DNA from: Gemmatimonadales bacterium
GTDB taxonomy: Bacteria; Gemmatimonadota; Gemmatimonadetes; Palauibacterales; Palauibacteraceae
Direction: 5' to 3'
DNA: 58,063 bases
Assembly: GCA_050114915.1 (NCBI GenBank)
Contig: JASFRN010000003.1
Coordinates: 1 to 58,063 of the forward strand
In this document: in pieces, positions 27,670 through 37,132 of the stretch
Numbering within the stretch: the first letter of the stretch is position 1
How the letters are laid out: each line of letters begins with the position of its first letter
The notes under the pieces: model-generated
Told to the model about the DNA's origin: nothing
Database searches by the model: none
What the model saw: only the letters and a program-made list of their open reading frames with translations
Translations under genes and position numbers: made by a program

Positions 27670-28878
27670 GTGGAGCTGGCCGATATCCGAGAGCTGAGGA
27701 TCACCGAGGGAGAATCGATCCTCCTTCTCGTCCTCGACGGGCTCGGTGGGCTACCCATGGAACCGGGTGGGCCCACGGAGCTCGAAGCGGCCCGGACGCC
27801 GAACCTCGACGCCCTCGCGGCGGCGGGTGATCTCGGCCTCCATTGGCCCGTAGCGCCGGCCGTGACGCCGGGCAGCGGTCCCGGGCACCTGTCGCTGTTC
27901 GGCTACGATCCGCTCCGTTACCGGATCGGGCGCGGGGTGCTCGAGGCTCTCGGGGTGGAATTCGACCTCCAGCCCGGCGACATCGCGGCTCGCGGGAACC
28001 TCTGCACCGTCGATTCCGACGGAGTCGTTTCCGACCGGCGGGCCGGCCGCATCTCGACCGAGAAGGCGGTGCCCGCCTGCGAGGCGCTGGACGAGATCGA
28101 GGTACCCGGCGCGCGGGTGTTCGTCCAGGCGGTCAAAGAGCATCGTTTTCTCGTCGTGATCCGGATGGACGAGCCGAGCGAGGCCGACCTGGACGATACG
28201 GATCCGGGCCGCGTCGGGGCTCCGCCGCGTCCGGTCGAGGCCGGGACGGCCGGCTCGGAGCCGCTCGCCCGCGTCGTCCGGAGCTGGTTGGACGGCGTTC
28301 CGGACGCGCTCTCCGGTCACGACCCCGCCAACATGGTGCTGCTGCGCGGCTTTTCGCAGCAGCCCGACTGGCCCGGCTTTCCCGAGGTGTTCGGCCTCCG
28401 CCCGTTGGGGGTGGCCGCGTATCCGATGTACCGCGGCGTCGCCCGTCTCGTGGGGATGCAAGCGATCACCGTACCCGAAGGTCCGGAGCACCTGCTGGCG
28501 GCGGTCCGCGAGCATGGGCCGGATCATGATTTCATGTTTCTTCACGTGAAGGCCACCGACAAGGCGGGAGAAGACGGAAGCTTCGACCGCAAGGTGGCCG
28601 CCATCGAGGAGGTGGACGCCATAGTGTCCGAGCTCGTCGACGCTTATCCCGGAGTACACCTGGTGACCGGAGACCACTCGACCCCCGCCGCCATGAAGAG
28701 TCACAGCTGGCACCCGGTGCCGTTCCTGCTGCACGGGGGACCGGGCCGGGGCGAGCCGACCGGGGTCGAGTTCGGCGAGTGCGCCTGCGCCGCCGGCAGC
28801 CTCGGCCGCGTCCACGGCCGCGCCTTGATGCCGCTGGCGATGTCACGGGCCGGCCGGCTCGGGAAGTTCGGCGCGTGA
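27670..28878 (+). CDS. apgM: 2,3-bisphosphoglycerate-independent phosphoglycerate mutase (ApgM/archaeal type)
   Basis: VLDGLGGLP, ARTPNLD, TPGSGPGHLSLFGYDP, HVKATDKAGEDG and TGDHSTP. GGAGG SD. Confidence 0.92.
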   Translation: MELADIRELRITEGESILLLVLDGLGGLPMEPGGPTELEAARTPNLDALAAAGDLGLHWPVAPAVTPGSGPGHLSLFGYDPLRYRIGRGVLEALGVEFDLQPGDIAARGNLCTVDSDGVVSDRRAGRISTEKAVPACEALDEIEVPGARVFVQAVKEHRFLVVIRMDEPSEADLDDTDPGRVGAPPRPVEAGTAGSEPLARVVRSWLDGVPDALSGHDPANMVLLRGFSQQPDWPGFPEVFGLRPLGVAAYPMYRGVARLVGMQAITVPEGPEHLLAAVREHGPDHDFMFLHVKATDKAGEDGSFDRKVAAIEEVDAIVSELVDAYPGVHLVTGDHSTPAAMKSHSWHPVPFLLHGGPGRGEPTGVEFGECACAAGSLGRVHGRALMPLAMSRAGRLGKFGA

Positions 28879-29681
28879 GCGCCGCGACGAGGGTCTGCCC
28901 GGCGTGCGGAGCGGAGGGAGACGGGAACTTCTGCGCCAGGTGCGGCCAGGCGATGCCGGCGGCGGACGCCGACCGCTTCTGCCCGCGATGCGGCGCCGCC
29001 CACGAATCCGGCGCGCTGTACTGCAGCGAGTGCGGTGCTCCGGTTTCGGCCCGTCCGTCGAAGTCCATCCGCGACCGGATGCCGTGGATTCTCTCCGGCC
29101 TGGCGCTGGTGGCGTTCGCCGTGGCGATCACGCTGATGATCGGGGAGTCGACCGGCGACCGCGCCGAGGGCATGCCGCCCACGGGCGGTGTGATCCAGAG
29201 CCCCGGCCAGGGGGCCGCCGCCGGGGGCCAGGGGGCCGCCGGGGTCGACCTGGCCAGCATGACGCCGCGCGAGCGGGCGGATCGGCTGTTCGACCGGGCG
29301 ATGCGCACCGAGGCCTCGGGCGATACCTCGCAGGCGCAGTTCTTCGCGCGGATGGGCGTGCAGGCCTACGGAATGGTGCCGCCGGCCGACATCGACGCCG
29401 ACGCGCGGTTCCACATCGGCCTTCTCGAGCTCATGCAGGGAAATCCGGGAGCGGCGCGGCAGTCCGCCGACGCGATCCTGGCCGGGAACCCAGACCACCT
29501 GCTCGGCTGGATACTCCGGGGTCAGATCGCGGAGGCCGAAGGTGACGACGCGGCGCTGGCGGAGGCTCGCCGGAACTTCCAGGCGGCGCTTGCCAGCGAG
29601 CGGAGCGCGGGACGCCCGGAGTACGAGCAGCACGCCAACCTGATCGACCAGCAGGCCGCGGAGTTCGGGGCGTCGCCCTGA
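28875..29681 (+). CDS. Double zinc-ribbon, single TM, periplasmic helical/TPR-like protein
   Basis: CPACG...CARCG...CPRCG...CSECG, one TM, a Gly-rich linker and helical repeats. GTGA overlap with apgM. Confidence 0.8.
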   Translation: MSAATRVCPACGAEGDGNFCARCGQAMPAADADRFCPRCGAAHESGALYCSECGAPVSARPSKSIRDRMPWILSGLALVAFAVAITLMIGESTGDRAEGMPPTGGVIQSPGQGAAAGGQGAAGVDLASMTPRERADRLFDRAMRTEASGDTSQAQFFARMGVQAYGMVPPADIDADARFHIGLLELMQGNPGAARQSADAILAGNPDHLLGWILRGQIAEAEGDDAALAEARRNFQAALASERSAGRPEYEQHANLIDQQAAEFGASP

Positions 29682-29705
29682 GAAGGGCCACGCGCCGGGT
29701 CGCGG

Positions 29706-32012
29706 TCACTCCGGTGGGTGACCGTCCCCGGCGCGTGGATCGAGGCTCACGCGGCGGAGCCCGTTGGCGTTCGTCACGACCGTGATCGAGCTGCCGGCCA
29801 TCGCGGCCTCGGCCAGGAGCGGGTGGAGCAGGCCGAGCATCGCGACGGGAATCGCCAGGGCGTTGTAGAAGTAGGCCCAGAACAGGTTCTGGCGGATCTT
29901 CCCGAACGTGGCGCGCGCCAGGTTCACGCCCCGCACGACGCCCCACAGGCTGCCGCTCGTCAGGGTCATGTCCGCCGCCTCGATCGCGATGTCGGTGCCC
30001 GTGCCGATCGCGAGTCCGACGTCGGCCTGCTTCAACGACGGCGCATCGTTGATCCCGTCCCCCACCATCGCGACCGCCAGTCCGCTCGCCTGCAGCTCGC
30101 GGATGGCGTCGACCTTGCCCTCGGGCAGGAGGCCGGCCCGCACCTCGTCGATGCCCACGGCCGCCGCTACCGCTCGCGCCGTGCGCTCGTTGTCGCCCGT
30201 CAGCATCACGGTTCGCAGGCCCATTCGGCGCAGCTCGCCGATCGCGGCGATGCTGTCCGCCTTGGTCTCGTCCGCGATCGCCAGCAGGCCGATCGGCGCC
30301 CCGTCGAGAGCGACGTACACGACCGTGCGACCTTCGGCTTCCAGGGCATCGGCGGATTCGCGCAGCGCTTCGGTGGCGACGCCTTCGTCTTCCAGCAGCA
30401 GCCGTCGACCGGCCAACGCCGGCTTCCCTTCGTACTCCGCGACGACGCCGAACCCCGTCTTCGCGCCGAACCCCGCGACCCTTCGCGGAGTCACACCACG
30501 GGCGTCTGCCGCCTCGACGATCGCGCGGCCCAGCGGATGCTCGGAATGCTGCTCGAGAGAGACCGCGAGCTCGAGCAGCTCCTCCTCCGTCCGCCCCTCA
30601 GCGGGTCGGACGTCGGTGACGGTCGGCTGTCCGCGCGTGATCGTGCCGGTCTTGTCGAACACCACGACGTCGATCCCGTCGAGGACCTGGATCGCCTTGC
30701 CGTCGCGCACCAGGATGCCGTTCTCGGCGCCGAGTCCCGTGCCCACCATCAAGGCGGTCGGCGTAGCGAGTCCCAGCGCGCAGGGGCAGGCGATGACCAG
30801 GACCGCCAGGCCGGCGTACACCGCGAGCGACACCGGACCGAGACCCGGTTGGACCCACGGGAGAAACTGGCCCGCCCATTCGGATACGGTGCGCAACGGT
30901 CCCGGCGCGACCAGCCACACGAGCAGCGTCGCGGCGGCCAGCGCGAGGACGATGGGCACGAACACCGCGGTGACGCGGTCGGCGAACTCCTGGATCGGCA
31001 CCTTGCTGCCCTGCGCCTGTTGGACCATGCGCACCACGCCGGCCAGGAAGGTGTCCTCGCCGACGCCCGTGGCCCGCACGCGCAGGACCCCCTGGCCGTT
31101 CACCGTGGAACCGATGACGGGGTCGCCCCGTCCCCGGTCGACCGGGATCGACTCGCCCGTGGCCAGCGACTCGTCCACCGCGCTCTGGCCGTCGATCACG
31201 ACCCCGTCGGTCGGAATCCGTTCGCCGGGACGGACGATCATCACGTCCCCCACCACGACGTCACGGATCGGGACCTCGACCTCCGAGCCGTCGCGCTCGA
31301 CCCGGGCGGCCCTGGCCTCGAGGGACAGCAGCCGGCTGATCGCCGCCGACGAGCGACCGCGCGCCCTCGCTTCGATGTACCGGCCGGTGAGGTGGATGGC
31401 CATGATCATCGCGCCGACCCCCGCGTAGTTCATCAGCGGCGGGCCGATGCCGAGGCGGTGGGACACCGTGATCGCGCCGGTGATCACGGCCGCGCCGCTG
31501 CCGAGGGCAATCAGCGAGTCCATGTTCGGCCGGAAACGCCGCAGCGCTTCCAGCCCGCTGCGCATGGTGTCGCGACCGGGGCCCGCCAGGACCGGCAGGG
31601 CGAGGAGGAGGATGCCGAGGTCGAACACGGTGGCCGAGGGCCAGCGGATGTGGAACAACATCTCGGGCAGCATCCAGAGGGCGATCGGCACGGCCAGCGC
31701 CCATGCGACGATCATCCGCCGCCGCGCCAGGTCGGTGCGCTCTTCCCGCCGCTCCGCCTGCTCGCGTTCGCGCTCGGCCGCGCTCGCCCCGCCGGCCGGC
31801 TCGGAACGCAGGCGGTACCCTGCCTGCAGGACCACGTCGGCCAGATCGGCGAACGGAATCGCGTCCGGATCGTAGGTGACGGTGGCCGACTCGGCCGGCA
31901 GGCTGACCGAGGCTTCGACGCCCTCGACCTGGTTCAAGCTGCGCTCCACTGCGCTGCTGCAGCCGGCGCAGTGCATCCCCTCTACCTCGTATACCTTCGT
32001 CTGTACGCTCAT
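29706..32012 (-). CDS. copA: Heavy-metal P1B-type ATPase, Cu(I) type
   Basis: N-terminal [37 protein letters not shown], and YN / MAGSS in the last TMs (P1B-1 signature). Confidence 0.92.
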   Translation of the reverse strand: MSVQTKVYEVEGMHCAGCSSAVERSLNQVEGVEASVSLPAESATVTYDPDAIPFADLADVVLQAGYRLRSEPAGGASAAEREREQAERREERTDLARRRMIVAWALAVPIALWMLPEMLFHIRWPSATVFDLGILLLALPVLAGPGRDTMRSGLEALRRFRPNMDSLIALGSGAAVITGAITVSHRLGIGPPLMNYAGVGAMIMAIHLTGRYIEARARGRSSAAISRLLSLEARAARVERDGSEVEVPIRDVVVGDVMIVRPGERIPTDGVVIDGQSAVDESLATGESIPVDRGRGDPVIGSTVNGQGVLRVRATGVGEDTFLAGVVRMVQQAQGSKVPIQEFADRVTAVFVPIVLALAAATLLVWLVAPGPLRTVSEWAGQFLPWVQPGLGPVSLAVYAGLAVLVIACPCALGLATPTALMVGTGLGAENGILVRDGKAIQVLDGIDVVVFDKTGTITRGQPTVTDVRPAEGRTEEELLELAVSLEQHSEHPLGRAIVEAADARGVTPRRVAGFGAKTGFGVVAEYEGKPALAGRRLLLEDEGVATEALRESADALEAEGRTVVYVALDGAPIGLLAIADETKADSIAAIGELRRMGLRTVMLTGDNERTARAVAAAVGIDEVRAGLLPEGKVDAIRELQASGLAVAMVGDGINDAPSLKQADVGLAIGTGTDIAIEAADMTLTSGSLWGVVRGVNLARATFGKIRQNLFWAYFYNALAIPVAMLGLLHPLLAEAAMAGSSITVVTNANGLRRVSLDPRAGDGHPPE

Positions 32013-32116
32013 GCGGTCCCCCTCGCGACTCCCGGATCCCGTCGCCCTTCAACTTCGCTGTCTCCGCGAGCCCATACAACAAGTAACCGTTCCCGGGAGT
32101 TCACACGGCGGGTCGG

Positions 32117-32155
32117 TGGACGGATCCCGGGCCGCCGGCTAGACTGACGCTCATG
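32117..32155 (+). promoter_or_regulatory. Putative sigma70 promoter giving a leaderless pspA mRNA
   Basis: TGGACG(32117)-N17-TAGACT(32140)-N7-ATG(32153), with no SD. Confidence 0.5.
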
Positions 32156-32824
32156 TTCAAGAAGCTGAAGGACGCGATCGACGGAGCCTTGTCGGCGCTC
32201 GAGGGGCGGACCGACGCGGCGGGCAACGTGGACGAGCTGCTGGCCGGCATGCGCGAGGAGCTGATCGAGGCGAAAGCGGCGTTGCCGCGTCTCGAGCAGG
32301 GACTCGAGAAGCTGCGCCGCATGCAGGCCGAAGAGCGCAAGCGGGCCGAGGATTGCGTGCGCCGCGCCGGCCAGGCGCGGGACATCGGGGACGAGGAGAC
32401 GCTGCGCCTCGCCGTCGAGTACGCGGAACGCCACCAGGAGAGGGTGGGCGTGTACGGCGAGAAGATCGAGGCGGCCCGGGCGGAGCTCGCGATGCAGCGC
32501 AAGGCGGTGAGCGAGATGACCACCCAGCTCAAGTCGGCGATGACCAGCCGCGACGTGCTGAAGGTGCGCTCCCGGCGCTCGCGGACCACCGAGGCGCTGC
32601 GCGGGTCGGGCGACACGGCCGCCGATCGCTTCGACCGGATGACCCGGGAGATCGAGGACGAGACGGCCCGTGCCGAGGCCGCTCGCGATCTCGACGAGGA
32701 GTTCGGCGGCGACTTCGACGCCGGGTATGCGCCGCGGTCCGGCCCGGGTCGCCTCGACCCGGACGACCTCGCCGAGCTCCAGCTCGAGGAGCTCAAGCGC
32801 CGGATGCGGGAAGAGAACTCCTGA
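32153..32824 (+). CDS. PspA/IM30 (Vipp1) family protein
   Basis: MFKKLKDAI N-terminal helix, long coiled coil, FDRMTREIE...AEA, and C-terminal ELQLEELKRRM. Confidence 0.82.
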   Translation: MFKKLKDAIDGALSALEGRTDAAGNVDELLAGMREELIEAKAALPRLEQGLEKLRRMQAEERKRAEDCVRRAGQARDIGDEETLRLAVEYAERHQERVGVYGEKIEAARAELAMQRKAVSEMTTQLKSAMTSRDVLKVRSRRSRTTEALRGSGDTAADRFDRMTREIEDETARAEAARDLDEEFGGDFDAGYAPRSGPGRLDPDDLAELQLEELKRRMREENS

Positions 32825-32851
32825 CCGGGTGGGCGCCGGTCGGCGCCGTCG

Positions 32852-33955
32852 TCAGGCGCGCGCGAGGCGCGCCAGCTCGTCGATCTGCTCCGGCTTCCCG
32901 AGGACGATGAGCGCGTCATCGGGCTTCAACGTCTGTTCCGGGCCGGGGTTGTAGCGCCACTCCCACTTCGCGGCCGCGATGCCGGCCGAGCGGCCGCCCC
33001 GGCGCCGCGGTTCCCCACCCGGCGTCCCGGCGTCGGCGCCCCCGGCCCGGATGGCGATCACGATGAGGCCGGTGCGCTGGGGGATTCGGGCCTCGGCGAG
33101 GCTCATCCCGGCCAGCGGCGAGTCCGGCGTGATGTCGACCTGCTCGAGTCGCAGGGCCAATCCCTCGCCCCGGGCCATCACGTCGAGGAACGACACCACG
33201 TTCGGGCGCAGCAGCACCGACGCCATCCGCACCCCCCCGGTGACGTTCGGGCTCACCACGTGGTCGGCGCCCGCCACGTAGAGCTTCTGCATGGTCTGCT
33301 CGTCGTAGGCGCGCGCGACGATCGTCAGCTCCGGCTGCAGGTCCCGGGCGCTCAGGCACACGAACAGGTTGTCGGTGTCCGAGCTGAGGCAGGCGACGAG
33401 GCCGCGGGCGGTCTCGATCCGTGACTGGACGAGCGACTCGTCCCGCGTGGCGTCGGCGACCAGGATCAAGGCCTCCTCGTCGACGCGCCGAATCGTCTCG
33501 GCGCGCGCCTCGTCGCGGTCGATGATCACGTAGGGAACGCCGGCGGACTTGAGCTCCGCGACGATCTGGCGGCCGGTGCGGCCGCCTCCGCACACGATTA
33601 CGTGATGTTCGAGCTTCTCGATCCTCTTCATATCGCGCCGGGTTCTGAATACGTGAGCGAGGTCCATCTCGACGATGGCCGAAGTGAGCGCCGCGAACCA
33701 GACGCCCATGAGCGTGATGCCGCCGCCGAGCAGGCCGGCCGCGATGAAACGCGTGGTGTGGGTGAGCGGCCGCACTTCCTCGTAGCCGACGGCGGTGACC
33801 GTGATCACCGTCATCCACAGCGCGTCCGCGGCGGGCCAGCCGCCCACGACGACGAAGGCCAGCGTACCCGCGAGCACCAGCAGCACGAGCGCGGAGAGGA
33901 CCGCGGAGAGACGGTGGAGAAAAGTGCGCCAGGGGCGCGTCGCGGCCGCGAACAA
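32852..33955 (-). CDS. Two-TM potassium channel protein with RCK (TrkA-N and TrkA-C) domains
   Basis: TM-pore (DALWMTVITVTAVGY)-TM, then HVIVCGGGRTG, ADATRDE, NLFVCLSAR and a TrkA-C region. Confidence 0.88.
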   Translation of the reverse strand: MFAAATRPWRTFLHRLSAVLSALVLLVLAGTLAFVVVGGWPAADALWMTVITVTAVGYEEVRPLTHTTRFIAAGLLGGGITLMGVWFAALTSAIVEMDLAHVFRTRRDMKRIEKLEHHVIVCGGGRTGRQIVAELKSAGVPYVIIDRDEARAETIRRVDEEALILVADATRDESLVQSRIETARGLVACLSSDTDNLFVCLSARDLQPELTIVARAYDEQTMQKLYVAGADHVVSPNVTGGVRMASVLLRPNVVSFLDVMARGEGLALRLEQVDITPDSPLAGMSLAEARIPQRTGLIVIAIRAGGADAGTPGGEPRRRGGRSAGIAAAKWEWRYNPGPEQTLKPDDALIVLGKPEQIDELARLARA

Positions 33956-33960
33956 GAGTT

Positions 33961-35550
33961 TCAGCTTTCCCGGTCGCGCCGGACCGGCACGGTCCTCCCG
34001 CGAATCGTCACGCCGTCGAGCTTCCGCATCACGTCGTCCGCCACCTGCGAGTCGATGTCGACCAGCGAGAAGTTGCCCATGATCTCGATCTTGCCGACCT
34101 GGGCGCCCGCGATTCCCGTCTCACCGGTGATCGCGCCGACGATGTCGCCCGGCTTCGCCTCGTCGCGCCGACCGATGCCGAAGTAGAGGCGTGTCCATGC
34201 GGGTCGCGCGCCGCGCGGCACCTCGGACGTCCGGTCGCCACGCCGCCCGCGGTCGCCGGGCGACGCGCCCGAACGGCTCGAGGCGGCCTCCACGTCAGCC
34301 CAGGGGCGAACGGGCGCGCCGTCGCCCTGCCCGCGGGCCCGCAACAGCTCCGAAAGAGCCGCTGCCACCCGCACGGCCCCGAGCTCTTCGAACAGGGGCT
34401 CGAGAATGAGCAGCTCCGACATGAGGTCCGTCGCTTCAACCGCTTCACGGATGCGCATTCGGTAGCGATGCACGGGATCCAGCTCCTCGTGCAGGAGCTG
34501 TCCGGGCAGGGGGCGCACGGTTCGCCCGAGGCGGGCGAGCAGCAGGTGGAGCTGCGCGGCGTGCCTGGGTTCGGCCACCGCGTAACGCGGGCCGTCGCCT
34601 TCGAACGTCCGGCGCAGCGTCTCGAGGCGGAAGGGAAGCCCGACGCGCGCGACGGCGCGCTCTCCCTCGCCCGGCAGCGCGACTGCCACGGTCGATTCGT
34701 CCGTCCCGACGCCGGCGTCGAGACCGGCCACGGCGAGCTCCGCGGCCGCACGGGCCGCATCCGCCGGCGTGCGGAACGCCAGGTCGATGCGGGCGCAGCC
34801 CAGGCGGTCCGCGTCCCGTACGCAACGTTCGAGAGCCTCGATGAAATCGCCGCGAGGCACCAGGGCGCACCGCACGGGCGGCGCGCCCCCGTCGGACGCC
34901 GAGTCGTCCTCGTCGACGGGAGCCACGGCCACCGGCAGGAGTGCTTCGGGCCAGCGGCGCGCGCGCGGCAGCTGGCGATCCACGAGTGCCGTGAAACCGG
35001 GGTCCTCCCGGTCGGAGATCGCGACCTTTCGCGCGTCCTTCGGCAGGGTCTCGAGGATCGGCTCGACGCTGCCCCACTCCTCGAGCGCCATCAGGTCGGC
35101 GACCCGGTCGAGGACGAGCAGCCGGAGTCCCGAGATCGAGTGGCGGCCCGCCCGAATATCGGGCAGCAGCATCGAGGGCCGTCCCACGAGGACGTGCGCG
35201 ACGCGCTCCGCACGGGCGGCATCCGCCGGCCTGTCGTCCTCGGGTACGGCCGTCGGGCAGGCGACCACCAGGCCCTCGGGTCCGACGACCCGCTGCACCG
35301 CCGCCGCGAGACGCCACGCATGGGCCGCTTCCGGCACCAGCACCAGGGCCTGCAGGCTCTCGAGCTCCGGATCGCAGGTCTCCGCGGCCGCGAGAGCGAC
35401 GACGGAGGCCTTGCCCGACCCTTCGCCGGCGAGCAGGGCGACATGATGCCCGCGTCGGAGGGGCGTCTCCGCGGCCTCCAGCACCTCGGGCGTCTCCGTG
35501 AAACCGAGCCGCCGGCAGATTTCTTCGACTTCGAGCTGTCCGTCCGTCAT
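33961..35550 (-). CDS. Degenerate DEAD-box-like protein with a C-terminal DbpA RNA-binding domain
   Basis: Residual GSGK and LLVLD. Well-conserved RLYFGIGRRD...PGDIVGAI...VGKIEI...FSLVD C-terminus as in DeaD/DbpA. GGAG SD. Confidence 0.8.
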   Translation of the reverse strand: MTDGQLEVEEICRRLGFTETPEVLEAAETPLRRGHHVALLAGEGSGKASVVALAAAETCDPELESLQALVLVPEAAHAWRLAAAVQRVVGPEGLVVACPTAVPEDDRPADAARAERVAHVLVGRPSMLLPDIRAGRHSISGLRLLVLDRVADLMALEEWGSVEPILETLPKDARKVAISDREDPGFTALVDRQLPRARRWPEALLPVAVAPVDEDDSASDGGAPPVRCALVPRGDFIEALERCVRDADRLGCARIDLAFRTPADAARAAAELAVAGLDAGVGTDESTVAVALPGEGERAVARVGLPFRLETLRRTFEGDGPRYAVAEPRHAAQLHLLLARLGRTVRPLPGQLLHEELDPVHRYRMRIREAVEATDLMSELLILEPLFEELGAVRVAAALSELLRARGQGDGAPVRPWADVEAASSRSGASPGDRGRRGDRTSEVPRGARPAWTRLYFGIGRRDEAKPGDIVGAITGETGIAGAQVGKIEIMGNFSLVDIDSQVADDVMRKLDGVTIRGRTVPVRRDRES

Positions 35551-35580
35551 CTATTCTCCGATCGGGCCGGCGTCCGCGAA

Positions 35581-35610
35581 TTGACGTGGCCGGGGTGTCG
35601 TCTCTAACCT
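35581..35610 (+). promoter_or_regulatory. Putative sigma70 promoter of the AGCS transporter
   Basis: TTGACG-N18-TAACCT. Confidence 0.4.
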
Positions 35611-35668
35611 GAGCCGCGCCGCGAGCGCCTCCGCCAGCCGCATGGTGTGAATCCAAGCCCACCCGAGA

Positions 35669-37090
35669 ATGATCGAAGCCGCTGCCCGTCTGCGAGACGT
35701 GACATGGGGACTCCCGTTGATCCTCCTGCTGGCGGGCATGGGGCTATATCTAACTGTCCTGCTTCGCGGCCTGCAATTCCGCGGCCTGTTCCGCGGCCTC
35801 GATCTCGCCTTCGTCCGGCGCGACGAAACCGACGCCGAAGGGGACGTCTCCCACTTTCAGGCCCTGATGATCTCCCTCGCGGCCACCATCGGCACGACGG
35901 GCGTAGTCGGTATCGCCGCGGTGCTGGTGGCCGGGGGACCCGGCGCCCTGGTGTGGATGTGGATCGCGGCGCTTCTCGCGATGGCCACCAGGTTCGCGGA
36001 GGCCGTGCTCGGCGTACGGTTCCGCGAAACCGACGAACGCGGCCACAAGAGCGGCGGCCCGATGTACTATCTCGAAAACGGTCTGCGGTGGGGCCGGTTC
36101 GGGCGTGGTCTCGCTCTCGTATTCGCCGTGTCGACGGGCCTCGCGGCGCTGGGGATCGGCAACGGTCTCCCGTCGTACTCCGTCGCCACCTCTCTCGGCG
36201 GCGTCAGCGGGCTGCCGCCGATTCTCGTGGGCGCGGCGACCGCCACGCTGGTCGGGATCGTCGTGCTCGGCGGGGTACGGTCGATCGGCCGCTTCGCCGG
36301 CGTGTTCGTTCCACTCAGCCTCCTCGCCTACCTGGCGATCGCCGGGTGGGTGCTGTGGAGCCGGGCCGATCTGCTTCCCGAGTTGCTGCGCTCCGCTCTC
36401 CGGACGGCGTTCGACGGCCGCGCGGCCGGGGGCGGGCTGGCGGGCTACACGCTCGCGCAGGCGCTCCGGCAGGGCGCTTCCCGCGGATTGCTCGGAGGCG
36501 AGGCGGGCCTCGGCACGGGTGGGATCGCGGCGGCCGCGGCTCGCACGCGAGAGCCGGTGCGACAGGCGCTGGTCGCGATGACCGGCCCACTGATCGACAC
36601 GATCCTGGTGGGCACCGTCACGGGGATGGTCATCCTCGCGCTCGGCCCCGGCGCCGGGCCCGCGGCGACGGCGAGCGCCGTCCAGACCCTTCCGACGGCC
36701 GGTCTGCCGGCCGTTCAACGGGCGCTGGCGGCGGCGCTCCCGGGGGCGCCCGGCGCCTGGGCGGTGGCCCTCACCTTCGCCGGGCTGGCGTTCACGACGA
36801 TCGTGGCCTGGGCCTATTTCGGCGAGCGCTGCGTCCAGTACGTCGCCGGTCAGCGCGCGGTGCTCCCCTTCCGTCTCCTGTTCATCGGCATCATACCTCT
36901 CGGCTCGGTCCTCCCGCTCCATCTCCCGTGGGCACTCTCGGACGCGCTGCGGGCCGTGGCGGCGCTGGTGAACCTCCTCGGGCTCGTGCTTCTGTCCGGG
37001 ATCGTCGTACGGGAGGCGAAGCGGACCTGGCGGCACCGTGCGCCGGATTCGGAGCCGGCCGGAGAACCGGGAGTCGCGACGCAGGGCTGA
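35669..37090 (+). CDS. Alanine/glycine:cation symporter (AGCS) family protein, divergent
   Basis: GDVSHFQAL, GGPGALVWMW, GGPMYYLENG, EAGLG, AAAA...PVRQALV and WAYFGERC. Confidence 0.88.
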   Translation: MIEAAARLRDVTWGLPLILLLAGMGLYLTVLLRGLQFRGLFRGLDLAFVRRDETDAEGDVSHFQALMISLAATIGTTGVVGIAAVLVAGGPGALVWMWIAALLAMATRFAEAVLGVRFRETDERGHKSGGPMYYLENGLRWGRFGRGLALVFAVSTGLAALGIGNGLPSYSVATSLGGVSGLPPILVGAATATLVGIVVLGGVRSIGRFAGVFVPLSLLAYLAIAGWVLWSRADLLPELLRSALRTAFDGRAAGGGLAGYTLAQALRQGASRGLLGGEAGLGTGGIAAAAARTREPVRQALVAMTGPLIDTILVGTVTGMVILALGPGAGPAATASAVQTLPTAGLPAVQRALAAALPGAPGAWAVALTFAGLAFTTIVAWAYFGERCVQYVAGQRAVLPFRLLFIGIIPLGSVLPLHLPWALSDALRAVAALVNLLGLVLLSGIVVREAKRTWRHRAPDSEPAGEPGVATQG

Positions 37091-37132
37091 CGAAGAGGCG
37101 TCGGGTCGACGCCCCGTCACGAAGACCGACCG

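Noticed and set aside
29205-29241. Direct repeat GGCCAGGGGGCCGCCG occurring twice
   Set aside because: It is an in-frame duplication encoding a GQGAA linker, not a mobile or CRISPR repeat.
32089-32102. GTTC-N6-GTTC as a LexA box
   Set aside because: The known direct-repeat LexA box has N7 spacing, and no similar site was found upstream of uvrA.
7387-32147. Very long antisense ORFs (7387..10329, 12211..15144, 21945..24875, 29718..32147 and similar)
   Set aside because: They mirror uvrA, gyrA, ccm and copA, have Arg/Ala/Gly-rich motif-free translations, and are expected from high-GC codon bias.
32013-32152. sigma54 promoter for pspA, as in enterobacteria
   Set aside because: GG-N10-GC occurs only without the TGGCAC/TTGC context. 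A sigma70-type leaderless promoter fits better.
35611-35668. Glycine riboswitch upstream of the AGCS gene
   Set aside because: The leader is too short and lacks the GGAGA/GAAG...CAGG core.
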